Assembly (NCBI GenBank): GCA_963691875.1
Contig: OY829846.1
Coordinates: 1,824,001 to 1,888,000 of the forward strand
Direction: 5' to 3'
From: Aureliella sp.
GTDB taxonomy: Bacteria; Planctomycetota; Planctomycetia; Pirellulales; Pirellulaceae
DNA: 64,000 nucleotides
Shown in pieces: positions 1-9,934 of this stretch. Under the pieces are notes generated by a model. It saw nothing but the letters and a program-made list of their open reading frames with translations, was not told where the DNA came from and ran no database searches. The first letter of the stretch is position 1. Each line of letters opens with the position of its first letter. A program made the translations under genes and the position numbers.

Positions 1-1
1 A

Positions 2-18
2 AAACAGGTGTTTAGTAT
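2..18 (+). promoter_or_regulatory. Candidate TetR operator (AAACA-gg-TGTTT) abutting a -10-like TAGTAT
   Basis: 5-bp inverted repeat at 2-13 followed by TAGTAT at 13-18, about 90 nt upstream of the TetR gene. It is cut by the window edge. Confidence 0.35.
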
Positions 19-104
19 CGTGATGACTTGGGCAAGTTCGCCGCCAATACGAGTAATTCTGGTGAATCCCACCATTTAGAGAGTGTCGAAATTGAGTCAG
101 ATTA

Positions 105-815
105 GTGGAAACCGAAGAGCAATCACGCACGGAAAAGCTGATCGAAGTAGCGGGTGAAATCTTTGCTACGAAGGGCCGTAGTGCCACAGTTCGAGAGATC
201 TGTAGCGCTGCAGGGGTTTCGGTTGCCGCGATCAACTACCACTTCGGCGATAAAAATCAGCTTTATGTCCAATGTGTGAGGACAGCTTGCGAAAGAAAGC
301 AAAAGCTTTTCCCTTTGCCTGAGATGGACAAGGAACCTGTATCTCCAGAGGCAATCCTGCAAATCTTCCTGCGAACGATCACTCAGCGCTTGCTGGCAAA
401 AGGCCTTCAGCCTTGGCACAACACCCTGCTACTGCGCGAGGTTTTGTCTCCAACGGATGGAGTTGCCGAAATGCTAAGCGAAGCCTTCCGTAAAGACTTT
501 GGGCGTATGGATGCCGTTGTAGGTGCTCTCATAGGCGAGAGTCTCAACACACCAGAACGGCGCACCGAGCTGACAACTCAAATCATTGCTCGCTGCATGT
601 TTCTTCGCACAGGCAAGAACATGCGAAGCATGGTTGGTCTGGACATGACTCAAAACGAAGAACCCGAGCAGTACGCGGATTCTATCTGTCAATCGGTATT
701 GCTCCAGGTAAACGCCCTTCGTGCTGCTCATCAACAGGCTCCCCTGCCCTGCCCAGTGTCCGCGCGATTGCCTCAGAGTTCCACCGTAGAAAACTCCCAA
801 ACAAACTTGAATTGA
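105..815 (+). CDS. TetR-family transcriptional regulator (CecR/YbiH-like, DUF1956-type C-terminus)
   Basis: N-terminal HTH 'LIEVAGEIFATKGRSATVREICSAAGVSVAAINYHFGDKNQLY'; first gene of an efflux operon. Confidence 0.92.
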   Translation: METEEQSRTEKLIEVAGEIFATKGRSATVREICSAAGVSVAAINYHFGDKNQLYVQCVRTACERKQKLFPLPEMDKEPVSPEAILQIFLRTITQRLLAKGLQPWHNTLLLREVLSPTDGVAEMLSEAFRKDFGRMDAVVGALIGESLNTPERRTELTTQIIARCMFLRTGKNMRSMVGLDMTQNEEPEQYADSICQSVLLQVNALRAAHQQAPLPCPVSARLPQSSTVENSQTNLN

Positions 816-816
816 A

Positions 817-2469
817 ATGAAAAACCAGAAGTTTTGGTTCGGCTACGCAACACCGGCTTTGCTCATCTTTGCAGGAGTCGTACTTTCGATTTTCTTGCAA
901 ATGCCTGAGCCCGAGAAGAGCCGTTTGGCGAACCCGAACAACGAAGGCGAACTTTTAGAGTATCTGCCTGCTGCGAAAGTCGAGCCAGTCCAGCTGCTCA
1001 ATGAGAATCTGGTAATCGAAGCCAACGGGACGGTTATACCGTACCGCGAGATCCAGTTGGGGGCTCAGGTTGCAGGGCGAGTCGTCGAGAAGAACCCGAT
1101 GGTTCGTAGCGGGAACTATGTGGAGAAAGATGATCTACTGTACCGTATCGACCCGCGAGACTTCGAGCTCGACGTGAAACGCCTAGAACAACGCATTGCA
1201 CAGGAAGAAGCCACGATAGCGGAAACGGAACTGGATATTCAGAATTCCGACAAGCTGATAGAAGTCGCACAAGAACAAATGGACTTGGCCAGCAAAGAAC
1301 TATCTCGCTTTGAAAATATCAAAGCTGGACTGACGAGCGGCTCGGAATTGGATGCCGCTCGTAGAGCACAACTGACTGCTCAAAATCAACTAGTCACTCT
1401 TAAGAACCAACGCTCGTCCAGCCAAAAACGCTTGGACAGAATGAAGCTGTCTGTTCAGTTGGTGGAGACTGAGCTGAAGCAAGCCAAGCTCAATTTGGAG
1501 CGAACCAATGTCATTTCGCCAGTCAGCGGTCGAGTCGTCGTGGAGCAAGTGGAAGCGGATTCGTTCGTTCAGCGGGGAACGCCGATGCTAACAATTGAAG
1601 ACACCGAAAAGGTAGAAGTTGCCTGTAACATCCGCATGGACCAACTTTCTTGGATTCTCGAGCAACCGAACACGAGCGCGGCTCAGCTTGTCTCAGACGC
1701 CCAGTCCTCGCGACTCGAGTTGCCAGAGACCGAAGTCGACATTTCCTTTGAGATCGGTGGACGAAACTCAGAGCGATACACCTGGCAAGGCAAATTAGAC
1801 CGCATTGATGGTGCGGGGCTGGATCCTCAAAGCCGCACGGTACCTATTCGAATCTTGGTAGAAAACCCGCGAAGTGCGAAACGAATAGACGGCTCGCAGG
1901 CAGACCTTAGCTCTCCGATGCTAGTGCGAGGCATGTTCGTTGACGTTCGCATCAAAGCCATGCCAACCACTCGCTTGCTGCTAGTACCCAAACTGGCTAT
2001 CAAACCAGCTAACAATGCGAGCGTCGTCTGGAAGTTCTCTGAAGATCGCTCGGTCATCCGTGAGTCCGATAAGGCGAAGGCTGCAATCAAAGCCTACGAG
2101 GAATCTGAATCGGCAGGCACGGTCGATGAGCTCTATGGCTCCAAGGGTGAAGACGAAGAGCAGGAAACCAAGAATTATCCAGAACCAGGCGATTGGGATG
2201 CAGGTCACCTGAGCGTCGTTGAAGGTGTTCGCATGGTCGCAGCGTACTGGGACGACAAGGACTACTGGGTCTGCGAAGTTAGCGCACAAGGTCTTGAGCC
2301 GGGCGACATGGTAATTGTGACTCCACTTCCGGGAGTAAAGGCTGACGGTTCGGACATGATTCGCATTGAGAAATCAGAAGGTGCGTCCGACGTAGCGGCG
2401 GCTAAAGAAACGGTGGCAGAGGACGAAGGCTCCAAGCCTATAAGTTCGTCGCAGCAGGAGCCTTCCTAG
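817..2469 (+). CDS. RND efflux periplasmic adaptor (membrane fusion protein)
   Basis: N-terminal TM, lipoyl-like motifs 'GAQVAGRVVE' and 'ISPVSGRVV', long coiled-coil hairpin, 'LDPQSRTVPIRI', 'LVRGMFVDVRI'; 1 nt after the TetR stop. Confidence 0.93.
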   Translation: MKNQKFWFGYATPALLIFAGVVLSIFLQMPEPEKSRLANPNNEGELLEYLPAAKVEPVQLLNENLVIEANGTVIPYREIQLGAQVAGRVVEKNPMVRSGNYVEKDDLLYRIDPRDFELDVKRLEQRIAQEEATIAETELDIQNSDKLIEVAQEQMDLASKELSRFENIKAGLTSGSELDAARRAQLTAQNQLVTLKNQRSSSQKRLDRMKLSVQLVETELKQAKLNLERTNVISPVSGRVVVEQVEADSFVQRGTPMLTIEDTEKVEVACNIRMDQLSWILEQPNTSAAQLVSDAQSSRLELPETEVDISFEIGGRNSERYTWQGKLDRIDGAGLDPQSRTVPIRILVENPRSAKRIDGSQADLSSPMLVRGMFVDVRIKAMPTTRLLLVPKLAIKPANNASVVWKFSEDRSVIRESDKAKAAIKAYEESESAGTVDELYGSKGEDEEQETKNYPEPGDWDAGHLSVVEGVRMVAAYWDDKDYWVCEVSAQGLEPGDMVIVTPLPGVKADGSDMIRIEKSEGASDVAAAKETVAEDEGSKPISSSQQEPS

Positions 2470-2585
2470 GCCTGACGCGATCCTAGCGATTGTTGTCTTA
2501 TCATGCATCCACCGATGAGCCTTGACTGGCAATGAAGATTTCATCGTAACATCGAAATAAATCCCTAAGACGAAGTACTGAGAAG

Positions 2586-5500
2586 ATGAATCGTATCGTT
2601 CGCTGGGCGATCAACAACACTCCTGCCATCAATGTGATGATTGTCGCGCTTTTGGCGGCTGGCATGTTTAGTTTTTACTCGATGCGGCGGGAGGTGTTTC
2701 CCGAGTTCGAACTAGAAGTCATTCTGGTCTCAGTGCCTTATCCAGGTGCATCTCCTGCAGATTGCGAAAAAGGAGTTTGCCAGCCAGTCGAAGAAGCTGT
2801 TCGCGCGTTGGACGGCATCAAACGCTTGGTCAGCATTGCTCGTGAAGGCGGCGGATACGTGCTCATTGAGCTCGAATCAAATGTCGGCAATGTTCAGAAA
2901 GTGGTGAGTGATGTTCGCTCCCGAGTCGACCGAATATCCAACTTTCCCGATTCGGCGGAACGAGCAGAAGTCGAACAAATCACCTTCCGCGAATCTGCCA
3001 TCCGCCTGGCTATTCTCGGCCCCAAGTCGGACTCGCCAGAAGAAGAATTGAAGCTCCGAGAAGTTGCGGAAGAAGTGCGTTCTGAGCTGCTGGAACTCGA
3101 CACGATCTCCCAAGCCAATATCCAAGGCGCGAAACAGTACCAGGTCGACGTCGAGCTCTCTGAGAGCACGCTACGGAAGTACAACTTGACGCTTTCACGC
3201 GTCGCCCAGATTCTTAGACAGCGGAACATCGAGATTCCTGGCGGGCAGCTGAGAGCTGATGGTCAAGAGATTCTGTTGCGAGGAAAGAATCGTCGCGAGA
3301 TCGGAGAGGAGATCAAGGAACTGCCGATCATCACGCAATCCAACGGAGTCGTCCTTCGAGTCGAGGATATCGGCGAGGTCCAAGACTACTTCGATGACTC
3401 TTCCAACGTGAACGAAGTTAATGGCAACCCGGCTCTGGTAATCAGTATCGATCGCACGAGCGACGAAGACTTACTTCAGATCGCGGATGCAGTACACGAA
3501 TATGCAGACCAAAAGAGCAAAACTTTGACGGCCGGCTACACCTTGGATGTATGGGGTGATACGAGTATCGATGTACGTGATCGTATGCGCATGCTGCGTG
3601 ACAACGGAATCCAAGGACTGTTGTTCGTTTTCATACTGCTCGCGCTCTTTTTAGAATTCCGCTTGGCGTTCTGGGTTTCACTTGGCATTCCCATTTGTGT
3701 TTTGGGCGCCGGAATTATCTTGTTGGGAACCGGACAAACACTCAACATGCTAACCATGTTTGCCTTCCTGATGGCGCTTGGAATTGTTGTTGACGATGCG
3801 ATCGTCGTCGGTGAAAACATTTATTCGCACCGCAACATGGGTAAGAACTTTTACCAAGCCGCAGTCGATGGAACGCTGGAAGTGTTGCCCTCAGTGACCA
3901 CGGCGATTTTCACGACCATCGTCGCCTTTATGCCCTTTTTCTTCGTCGAAGGAGTGATGGGTAAGTTTATCGCAGTCATGCCAGTCGCGATCATCGCCAT
4001 GCTGGTAATTTCACTCTTGGAAGCCGGCACCGCTCTTCCTTGCCACCTTTCCGAAGGTGAAAAGGAGGAAGGCGAGGAAAAGTCCAATAACGTTTTCATG
4101 CGTTATATGAATAAAGCGAGTTCGGTCTGCGGCAGCGGAATGGATTACTTCGGCGACAAGGTCTACATGCCTTGCCTCAGATTTTTGCTGAAGTATCCGC
4201 TAATGGGTGTCGCTATCGGTATCTTTCTTTTACTAGGAACCTATTCGCTCTACAAAGTCGGGTTCGTCAAGATAGATCCGTTCCCGCAGACAGATAGTAA
4301 CCAAATCGTTGCCCAAGTAGCCTTTCCGGATGGAACGCCAGCAAGGGTCTCGGATGCAGCTACGAGAAAAATCGAGAAGGCTGCCCGACGAGTTAGCCAG
4401 GAAATCTACAACGAGGAAAACGGGATCCAAATGTCGTTGGAAGAGTTGGAGAAGACACTGGATTCGAGAACGCCTCAAGGGCCAGTCAAGCTGACGTTCC
4501 GTCAAGTCGGCGAGCTGACGCAGCAAGGCGCCATGGGCTCGACTGGAGGCGGAACGGGAAGTTCGGTTGGACAAGTCTTTGTGGAACTGAAAGATGCTTC
4601 CGGGAGAAGCTTGAGTAGCACCGAGATTATCAATCGTTGGCGTGCTGCTGCAGGCGAGATCGCTGGAGCCGAACGAGTCCTCTTCGACTCTACTTCCATC
4701 GGACCAGGTGGTAAGCCAATCGAGTTCAAGCTGCTTGCTCCTGGAGACGAGAGCGAAGAGCTATTTGCCGCGGTGGAAGCCGCCAAGAAGAAATTGAGTG
4801 GATTTGCTGGTGTTTATGACGTTCGCGATGACTCTACTCCTGGTAAGACCGAGTTTCAGATTCGTGTCAAAGAACGAGCCCAAGCAATGGGTCTCAGAGA
4901 GATGGACTTAGCAGACACGATTCGCAATAGCTACTATGGAGCTGAAGTCATGCGTCTGCAACGCGGCCGTCACGAAGTCAAGCTGATGGTTCGCTATCCA
5001 GAAGATGAGCGTACTTCACTGGCTCAGTTTAACGAAATTTTAGTTCGCGGCACCGACGGAATTGAACGTCCGATCACTGAGCTGGCGGACATCACGGTGA
5101 CGCAAGCTTACTCGGAAATCAACCGCTTGAACCAGCAACGTTCCATCACCATCACTGCGGATCTTGACAGCACAGAAGGAAATCAATTCAAGATTTCGCA
5201 AAGCTTGAAAGAACACTTTGCATCCGATGAATGGAATGAGGAATTCGCGAATGTTGCAGTGAATTGGGAAGGTCAATCACAACAAACATCCGAGTCGCTC
5301 AACAGCTTGGCCGTCGGTTGTGCCGCAGCCATGATCATCATGTATCTGTTGCTGGTCGTGGAATTCCGTTCTTATGTGCAACCGTTGCTCATCATGGCAA
5401 TCATCCCTTTTGGTGCGATTGGTGCGGCGTGGGGACATTTGCTCATGGGACTGGAAATCACCCTATTTAGTTTCTTCGGTTTGGTGGCGTTGACTGGGAT

Positions 5501-5876
5501 TGTCGTCAACGATTCGATCGTACTGGTGGACTTTATTAATGCAAGAGTTCGCAGTGGTATGAATCCTCAAGAAGCATTGCTGCAAGCTGGGCGTCGTCGC
5601 TTGAGGCCAGTATTCCTGACCAGTTTGACGACGATTGGTGGGCTCATTCCGATGTTGCTGGAAACATCCTTCCAAGCGCAATTCTTAATTCCCATGGCGG
5701 CCAGTATCGCCTTCGGCTTGGCTCTCTCGACTCTTTTGGTGCTCTTCCAAGTTCCAGTGTTCTTTCGGCTCTATCTGTCCGCCTGCCAATCCTTCGGCTT
5801 TGACATCACGAAGACGCATGGCCAGCATGAGCACACGGAGCAACCCAAAGGCAACAGCGAGCTGGCACATGCTTAG
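2586..5876 (+). CDS. RND efflux permease, AcrB/AcrD/AcrF family
   Basis: 1096 aa with 'VSVPYPGASP', 'GIVVDDAIVVGENI', 'GIVVNDSIVLVD' and 'RLRPVFLTSLTTIGGLIPM'. Confidence 0.96.
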   Translation: MNRIVRWAINNTPAINVMIVALLAAGMFSFYSMRREVFPEFELEVILVSVPYPGASPADCEKGVCQPVEEAVRALDGIKRLVSIAREGGGYVLIELESNVGNVQKVVSDVRSRVDRISNFPDSAERAEVEQITFRESAIRLAILGPKSDSPEEELKLREVAEEVRSELLELDTISQANIQGAKQYQVDVELSESTLRKYNLTLSRVAQILRQRNIEIPGGQLRADGQEILLRGKNRREIGEEIKELPIITQSNGVVLRVEDIGEVQDYFDDSSNVNEVNGNPALVISIDRTSDEDLLQIADAVHEYADQKSKTLTAGYTLDVWGDTSIDVRDRMRMLRDNGIQGLLFVFILLALFLEFRLAFWVSLGIPICVLGAGIILLGTGQTLNMLTMFAFLMALGIVVDDAIVVGENIYSHRNMGKNFYQAAVDGTLEVLPSVTTAIFTTIVAFMPFFFVEGVMGKFIAVMPVAIIAMLVISLLEAGTALPCHLSEGEKEEGEEKSNNVFMRYMNKASSVCGSGMDYFGDKVYMPCLRFLLKYPLMGVAIGIFLLLGTYSLYKVGFVKIDPFPQTDSNQIVAQVAFPDGTPARVSDAATRKIEKAARRVSQEIYNEENGIQMSLEELEKTLDSRTPQGPVKLTFRQVGELTQQGAMGSTGGGTGSSVGQVFVELKDASGRSLSSTEIINRWRAAAGEIAGAERVLFDSTSIGPGGKPIEFKLLAPGDESEELFAAVEAAKKKLSGFAGVYDVRDDSTPGKTEFQIRVKERAQAMGLREMDLADTIRNSYYGAEVMRLQRGRHEVKLMVRYPEDERTSLAQFNEILVRGTDGIERPITELADITVTQAYSEINRLNQQRSITITADLDSTEGNQFKISQSLKEHFASDEWNEEFANVAVNWEGQSQQTSESLNSLAVGCAAAMIIMYLLLVVEFRSYVQPLLIMAIIPFGAIGAAWGHLLMGLEITLFSFFGLVALTGIVVNDSIVLVDFINARVRSGMNPQEALLQAGRRRLRPVFLTSLTTIGGLIPMLLETSFQAQFLIPMAASIAFGLALSTLLVLFQVPVFFRLYLSACQSFGFDITKTHGQHEHTEQPKGNSELAHA

Positions 5877-6000
5877 CCAATGGGATTGATGGTGTATTTC
5901 ACCCGACACTTAAGCGAGAAACGTCCCTCTGTATCCTCGCTCAACCGTCAGGTTGTGACCGGTCTTACAATTCAGGCTCCAGACGCGATTTTGCAAGTCG

Positions 6001-7017
6001 TCAGGTAACACACTGACAATCCGTTTCTGGCAATGGATCCAGCCGCTGCAGAAGATTGGCTTTTTCTAGTCGCTGTTTTCGCAGGTTGCGGCAAACGGAA
6101 CATCCCCCTTGGATTTGCTCCCAGTCCCAAAGATCCACAGTTAGCACAAAACCGCAGTCCGGCAGCAAGCGTCGCTTCATCACCTCTTCCAGTGCGGAAA
6201 GCGCAGGTGCACAGAAATACCCATTAGACTCGAGATACTCCAAACTGCCATTGCCACCGCGAAGCGGGATCACGCTAATATGGCGAACTCCGCAGCTAGC
6301 GGCAAAATCGATTGACTCACAACTCCAATGCACGCCCTCTTCCTCTGTCATTCCAGGCGGCCGGAGCAAGACAAAACTTCGTGCATCAATTTGGCGTTCC
6401 TGTAGCCAATCGCAAGCGAGGGCAAAGTCTTCGACCTGCATGGATTTGTTGAGCAGCTGGAGTGTTTGCGGGTGAACTGATTCGAGTCCCATCGCCAACT
6501 CCAACTTTGTCTCGCCGAGAGAGTCTCGAAACTGCTCGATTTGAGGGCGAAGAATAGTTGGATGGTTTTCTACCACGACGCGATCAAATCCGACGAGCTT
6601 CGTTGCAATAGCTGGAAGATCTTCATCGGGAACGTTGGCTGGACTGAAGAAGTTACTAGCGTTGTAGAGCTTGACCCAACGCGGTGTAGGCTCTTGGGCC
6701 TCCCCTTCACGCCAATTTCCTTCAGCATCCTCTAAGCCCTGCTGCACTTGAGCAGGAATGCTCCCAGATGGAGTCTTGCCCGGATACGTGTACTTCCACA
6801 GGTCGCACATTAAACATCGGAAGCGGCATTCGCTACCGCGCAAAAACAGAGTTAAGACCTCGGCAACACCGCCACCGGCCGACTCCGCTTCTTGTTCGAA
6901 CTGATGCCCGAGTGTCTCGTTCAAAACTCCCGGTCGGTCATAGGTTGGCCTGAGTGAAACGATCTGCTCACTTGTCAAAATGGGCGGCAGCTTGGGATCG
7001 TGCATCTTGTCCGGCAA
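6001..7017 (-). CDS. Radical SAM protein, archaeosine-synthase-beta (RaSEA)/Elp3-like
   Basis: CxxxCxxC motif 'CRFRCLMC', 'VKLYNASNFF', 'LAMGLES', 'SFVLLRPP' and C-terminal CxxC...CxC. Confidence 0.8.
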   Translation of the reverse strand: MPDKMHDPKLPPILTSEQIVSLRPTYDRPGVLNETLGHQFEQEAESAGGGVAEVLTLFLRGSECRFRCLMCDLWKYTYPGKTPSGSIPAQVQQGLEDAEGNWREGEAQEPTPRWVKLYNASNFFSPANVPDEDLPAIATKLVGFDRVVVENHPTILRPQIEQFRDSLGETKLELAMGLESVHPQTLQLLNKSMQVEDFALACDWLQERQIDARSFVLLRPPGMTEEEGVHWSCESIDFAASCGVRHISVIPLRGGNGSLEYLESNGYFCAPALSALEEVMKRRLLPDCGFVLTVDLWDWEQIQGGCSVCRNLRKQRLEKANLLQRLDPLPETDCQCVT

Positions 7018-7183
7018 TGAGGTGACCGAGGGCAGGTAGCATGCCAGGCTGCGAACAGAATCAGCACGCGTTATGATGAAAGTTTAAGAAAACGGAGCAT
7101 TTCACGCCAGCGCTTTCTGTGAGGGCCGCGAGATGCCCGACTGAGTTCTTTAATTCTACATTGCAACTTATCGAATCGGACAA

Positions 7184-8137
7184 ATGAGTTGGCTTGAGAG
7201 TTGTCAACAATCGATACAACATGGCTCGCAAGCGATTGGAGAATTCTTGTTTCCTGCGACCTGCCTACTCTGCGATAGTCCAGTGCTCGGGAAACCTTGG
7301 CTCTTCTGCCAAGAATGTGAAGACAAAATCTACTCTGATTTTCACCGCTGCAGAAAATGCGCAACACCTGTGCCAGAGGTGGTTCCGAACCAAAATTGCT
7401 TCCGATGCCGAAAACAAAAATGGAAGTTTGACTCGGTCATCACACTTTCGCCATACCGGAAACCGATGGACACAGTCATCAAGGCTATGAAGCGTCCAAG
7501 TGCTCGGCTTTATCGTCGGTCGATTGGGACGATGCTGGCAAGAGCTGCAGAAGAGCACTGGCAGAGAACTCTCCCAAGTGCCGCGGCCCAACTTGAGTTG
7601 TTTCCAGAAAGTGGCGTCTTGGACAAAGATTCCCGCAGCCAAGAGTCATCAAGTGCGAACGACAGTCCACTGCTTGTCCCAGTCCCCAACTTCTGGACGC
7701 ACGCTTTATTCGGAGCGGCAAACGTTGCTGGGGAATTGGCTCGCCGGATAAGCCGGATCAACAATTGGGAACTTCGCGGTGACATAATCCGTAAGATCCG
7801 CAGGACCGAAAAACAAGGTACCTTGGCCTGGAGCGAAAGACCCAAGAATGTACGGGACGCTTTCCAGATTGTGGAGGAAAAAGCCTTAGTTGAGAGGCAT
7901 ATTATCTTGGTCGATGACGTTCTCACCAGCGCCGCAACGGGAGCGGAAATCTCGCGAGTACTGATGCGGTCAGGAGCAAAGTCCGTTACTCTTTGCGTCG
8001 CGGCCCGCGGAACTGGCATCAAAGAGGTTGCGGAATCGGTCCATTCCGCAACTCAGTCGACCAAGAGCCCTGCCCAGGGTCAGCCAGAACGGCGCAACCA
8101 TGAATCAGACTCTCAGGAAACCGCCGGAACAAGTTGA
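7184..8137 (+). CDS. comF: ComF-family protein (double zinc ribbon plus phosphoribosyltransferase domain)
   Basis: 'FPATCLLC...FCQEC...CRKC...CFRC' zinc ribbons, 'LVPVP' and PRT loop 'IILVDDVLTSAAT'. Confidence 0.85.
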   Translation: MSWLESCQQSIQHGSQAIGEFLFPATCLLCDSPVLGKPWLFCQECEDKIYSDFHRCRKCATPVPEVVPNQNCFRCRKQKWKFDSVITLSPYRKPMDTVIKAMKRPSARLYRRSIGTMLARAAEEHWQRTLPSAAAQLELFPESGVLDKDSRSQESSSANDSPLLVPVPNFWTHALFGAANVAGELARRISRINNWELRGDIIRKIRRTEKQGTLAWSERPKNVRDAFQIVEEKALVERHIILVDDVLTSAATGAEISRVLMRSGAKSVTLCVAARGTGIKEVAESVHSATQSTKSPAQGQPERRNHESDSQETAGTS

Positions 8138-9111
8138 TGGCAGAACCCCAAAAAACTAAATCTAACGCCAACCAAACCTCGTCACTTCGTCGAGCGATTT
8201 GGCGAGGCTGCTCGATTATCGCGCCCCCTCTCGTCACACTTCTGTTGTTGATCTGGTTGGCCAAAGGCGTTGAGGACTACGTGCTCAAACCGCTTGAGGC
8301 GGCCGGTAGAACAGTGATCGTTTTGGTTACCGCGGACGTCTACGAAGCTCCTCCGAAGGGAGCTGTAAAAGTCGCAGAAAAGCCACTCGAGGAGACCTTT
8401 GTTTTTGAGGGCACTCGTTTCGTGCTGCCTCCCATCGGACGCGGCTATCTTCCGGACTACATTGTGGGCAAGGTAACCGCAAATCTCGATGTCTTGCCGC
8501 GCGAGATGCAAGAGCCGCTGTCGGCCTCCGACTACTACCACGCCTTTGTCAAAATCCAATACATGCCGAGGTGGTTTACCATCCCGCTGCTACTACTGGT
8601 GTTCCTGAGTGTACTCTTCTTTGTCGGCCGGTTCCTCGCGGCAGGCGTTGGACGATTCTTTATCACCGCCTTCGAGAAGATCATCCATCAGCTCCCGATC
8701 ATTCGAAACCTTTACTCGTCAGTGAAACAAGTTACGGATTTTGTGCTCAGTGAACGTGAAATTGAGTTCACGCGGGTGGTTGCTGTGGAGTACCCACGCG
8801 TCGGCATCTGGTCCCTTGGCTTTGTTACCAGTGAGAGTTTGCCGCCACTCAAGCTCGCGACGAACGAGGACTTGGTCAGTGTCTTCATCCCGACTTCTCC
8901 AATGCCCATGACAGGTTTCACAATCAATGTCAGACGTCGCGAGATCGTCGACATGGAACTAACCATCGACCAGGCTGTGCAATTTATTGTAAGCTGCGGC
9001 GTTGTCACTCCGCCTGTTCTGCCCAACCAATCCCAGCCAGCATTGCTCGGGAATCAGGACGACCTGGGAAAACTCGTCGAAGAGCAAAAAACGAAAGGCG
9101 AGTCTGAGTAA
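8137..9111 (+). CDS. DUF502 (COG2928) membrane protein
   Basis: 'PIIRNLYSSVKQV', 'VVAVEYPRVGIWSLGFVT', 'VFIPTSPMPMTGF'. ATG at 8137 overlaps the comF TGA (the ORF track starts at TTG 8134). Confidence 0.9.
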   Translation: MAEPQKTKSNANQTSSLRRAIWRGCSIIAPPLVTLLLLIWLAKGVEDYVLKPLEAAGRTVIVLVTADVYEAPPKGAVKVAEKPLEETFVFEGTRFVLPPIGRGYLPDYIVGKVTANLDVLPREMQEPLSASDYYHAFVKIQYMPRWFTIPLLLLVFLSVLFFVGRFLAAGVGRFFITAFEKIIHQLPIIRNLYSSVKQVTDFVLSEREIEFTRVVAVEYPRVGIWSLGFVTSESLPPLKLATNEDLVSVFIPTSPMPMTGFTINVRRREIVDMELTIDQAVQFIVSCGVVTPPVLPNQSQPALLGNQDDLGKLVEEQKTKGESE

Positions 9112-9136
9112 AGCCGCCTCGTGTCATCGAGTGAAG

Positions 9137-9156
9137 TGCCTCACGAGAGTGAGGCA
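9137..9156. terminator. Hairpin between convergent genes (probable terminator)
   Basis: Perfect 8-bp stem TGCCTCAC-GAGA-GTGAGGCA in the 51-nt gap between convergent stops; no strong U-tract. Confidence 0.55.
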
Positions 9157-9162
9157 GAGGAA

Positions 9163-9927
9163 TTATTTTCCGAGTCGCAGCCTGACTAGGAGGTCGTTCA
9201 ACGCAGGCTTTGCCTCGGTAGTTTCTTGCAGCTGAGAGCGTGCGTAAGCTTCTTCGAGCTCGCCCATTTGCCTTTCGAACTCACGTTGAAAGAACTCCAT
9301 ACGTGGTTCTCGCAACACAGCCTTTTCGGCTCCTTCACGCTTGAGCTTCAATAGGTCGTCGATGTACGGCAGCCGCGCGCGTTCATTCAGGACTTTTAAG
9401 TTCGCTTCGATCCGCCCAGTATGCATCAGTTGAATTCCCGTTTGAAGTACGCGAAAGGTGTACAACAAGGGTTTCACTCGTGGCTCAGGCTCCTTCGAAA
9501 AAAGTTTCCACTGCGCGGAGGCAAAACCCATGTAGTGGTGAGCATGATGCTTGGTGATGCATTGCACAGCAATCGACTTTAGCTCTTCGAACTCGGGCGT
9601 CTCACTGACAACGAGGGGAGAAAAGATTTGCTCGAGTACGTAGCCGTTTCGACGTAGCATCAAGCGAAATAACTTCTCAATGTCATGCGTGACTAGATCG
9701 ATTTCCAGGCCGTCGTAGATTCCTTCCTTCTCAACAGTTTGACGGCCTTCTGAAAGCCCTACAACGGTTTCCAGCGGAAGTTTATGAGCACCGCGCAAAT
9801 CGAAATCGGAATCCCCCGAAGGAAATCCATAGAGATGTGCGCCACTAATCGTCACAAAAATAAGCGGAAATGGATGCGAATCGACGTGGCGCCGCATCTG
9901 CTTCATATCGACGTTCTGATCATTCAT
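9163..9927 (-). CDS. Pol-beta-type nucleotidyltransferase, PF10127 (YcgL/RlaP-like), short type
   Basis: 'ISGAHLYGFPSGDSDFDLRG', 'NGYVLEQIFSP', 'VKPLLYTFRVL'. Confidence 0.88.
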   Translation of the reverse strand: MNDQNVDMKQMRRHVDSHPFPLIFVTISGAHLYGFPSGDSDFDLRGAHKLPLETVVGLSEGRQTVEKEGIYDGLEIDLVTHDIEKLFRLMLRRNGYVLEQIFSPLVVSETPEFEELKSIAVQCITKHHAHHYMGFASAQWKLFSKEPEPRVKPLLYTFRVLQTGIQLMHTGRIEANLKVLNERARLPYIDDLLKLKREGAEKAVLREPRMEFFQREFERQMGELEEAYARSQLQETTEAKPALNDLLVRLRLGK

Positions 9928-9934
9928 AACTTGG

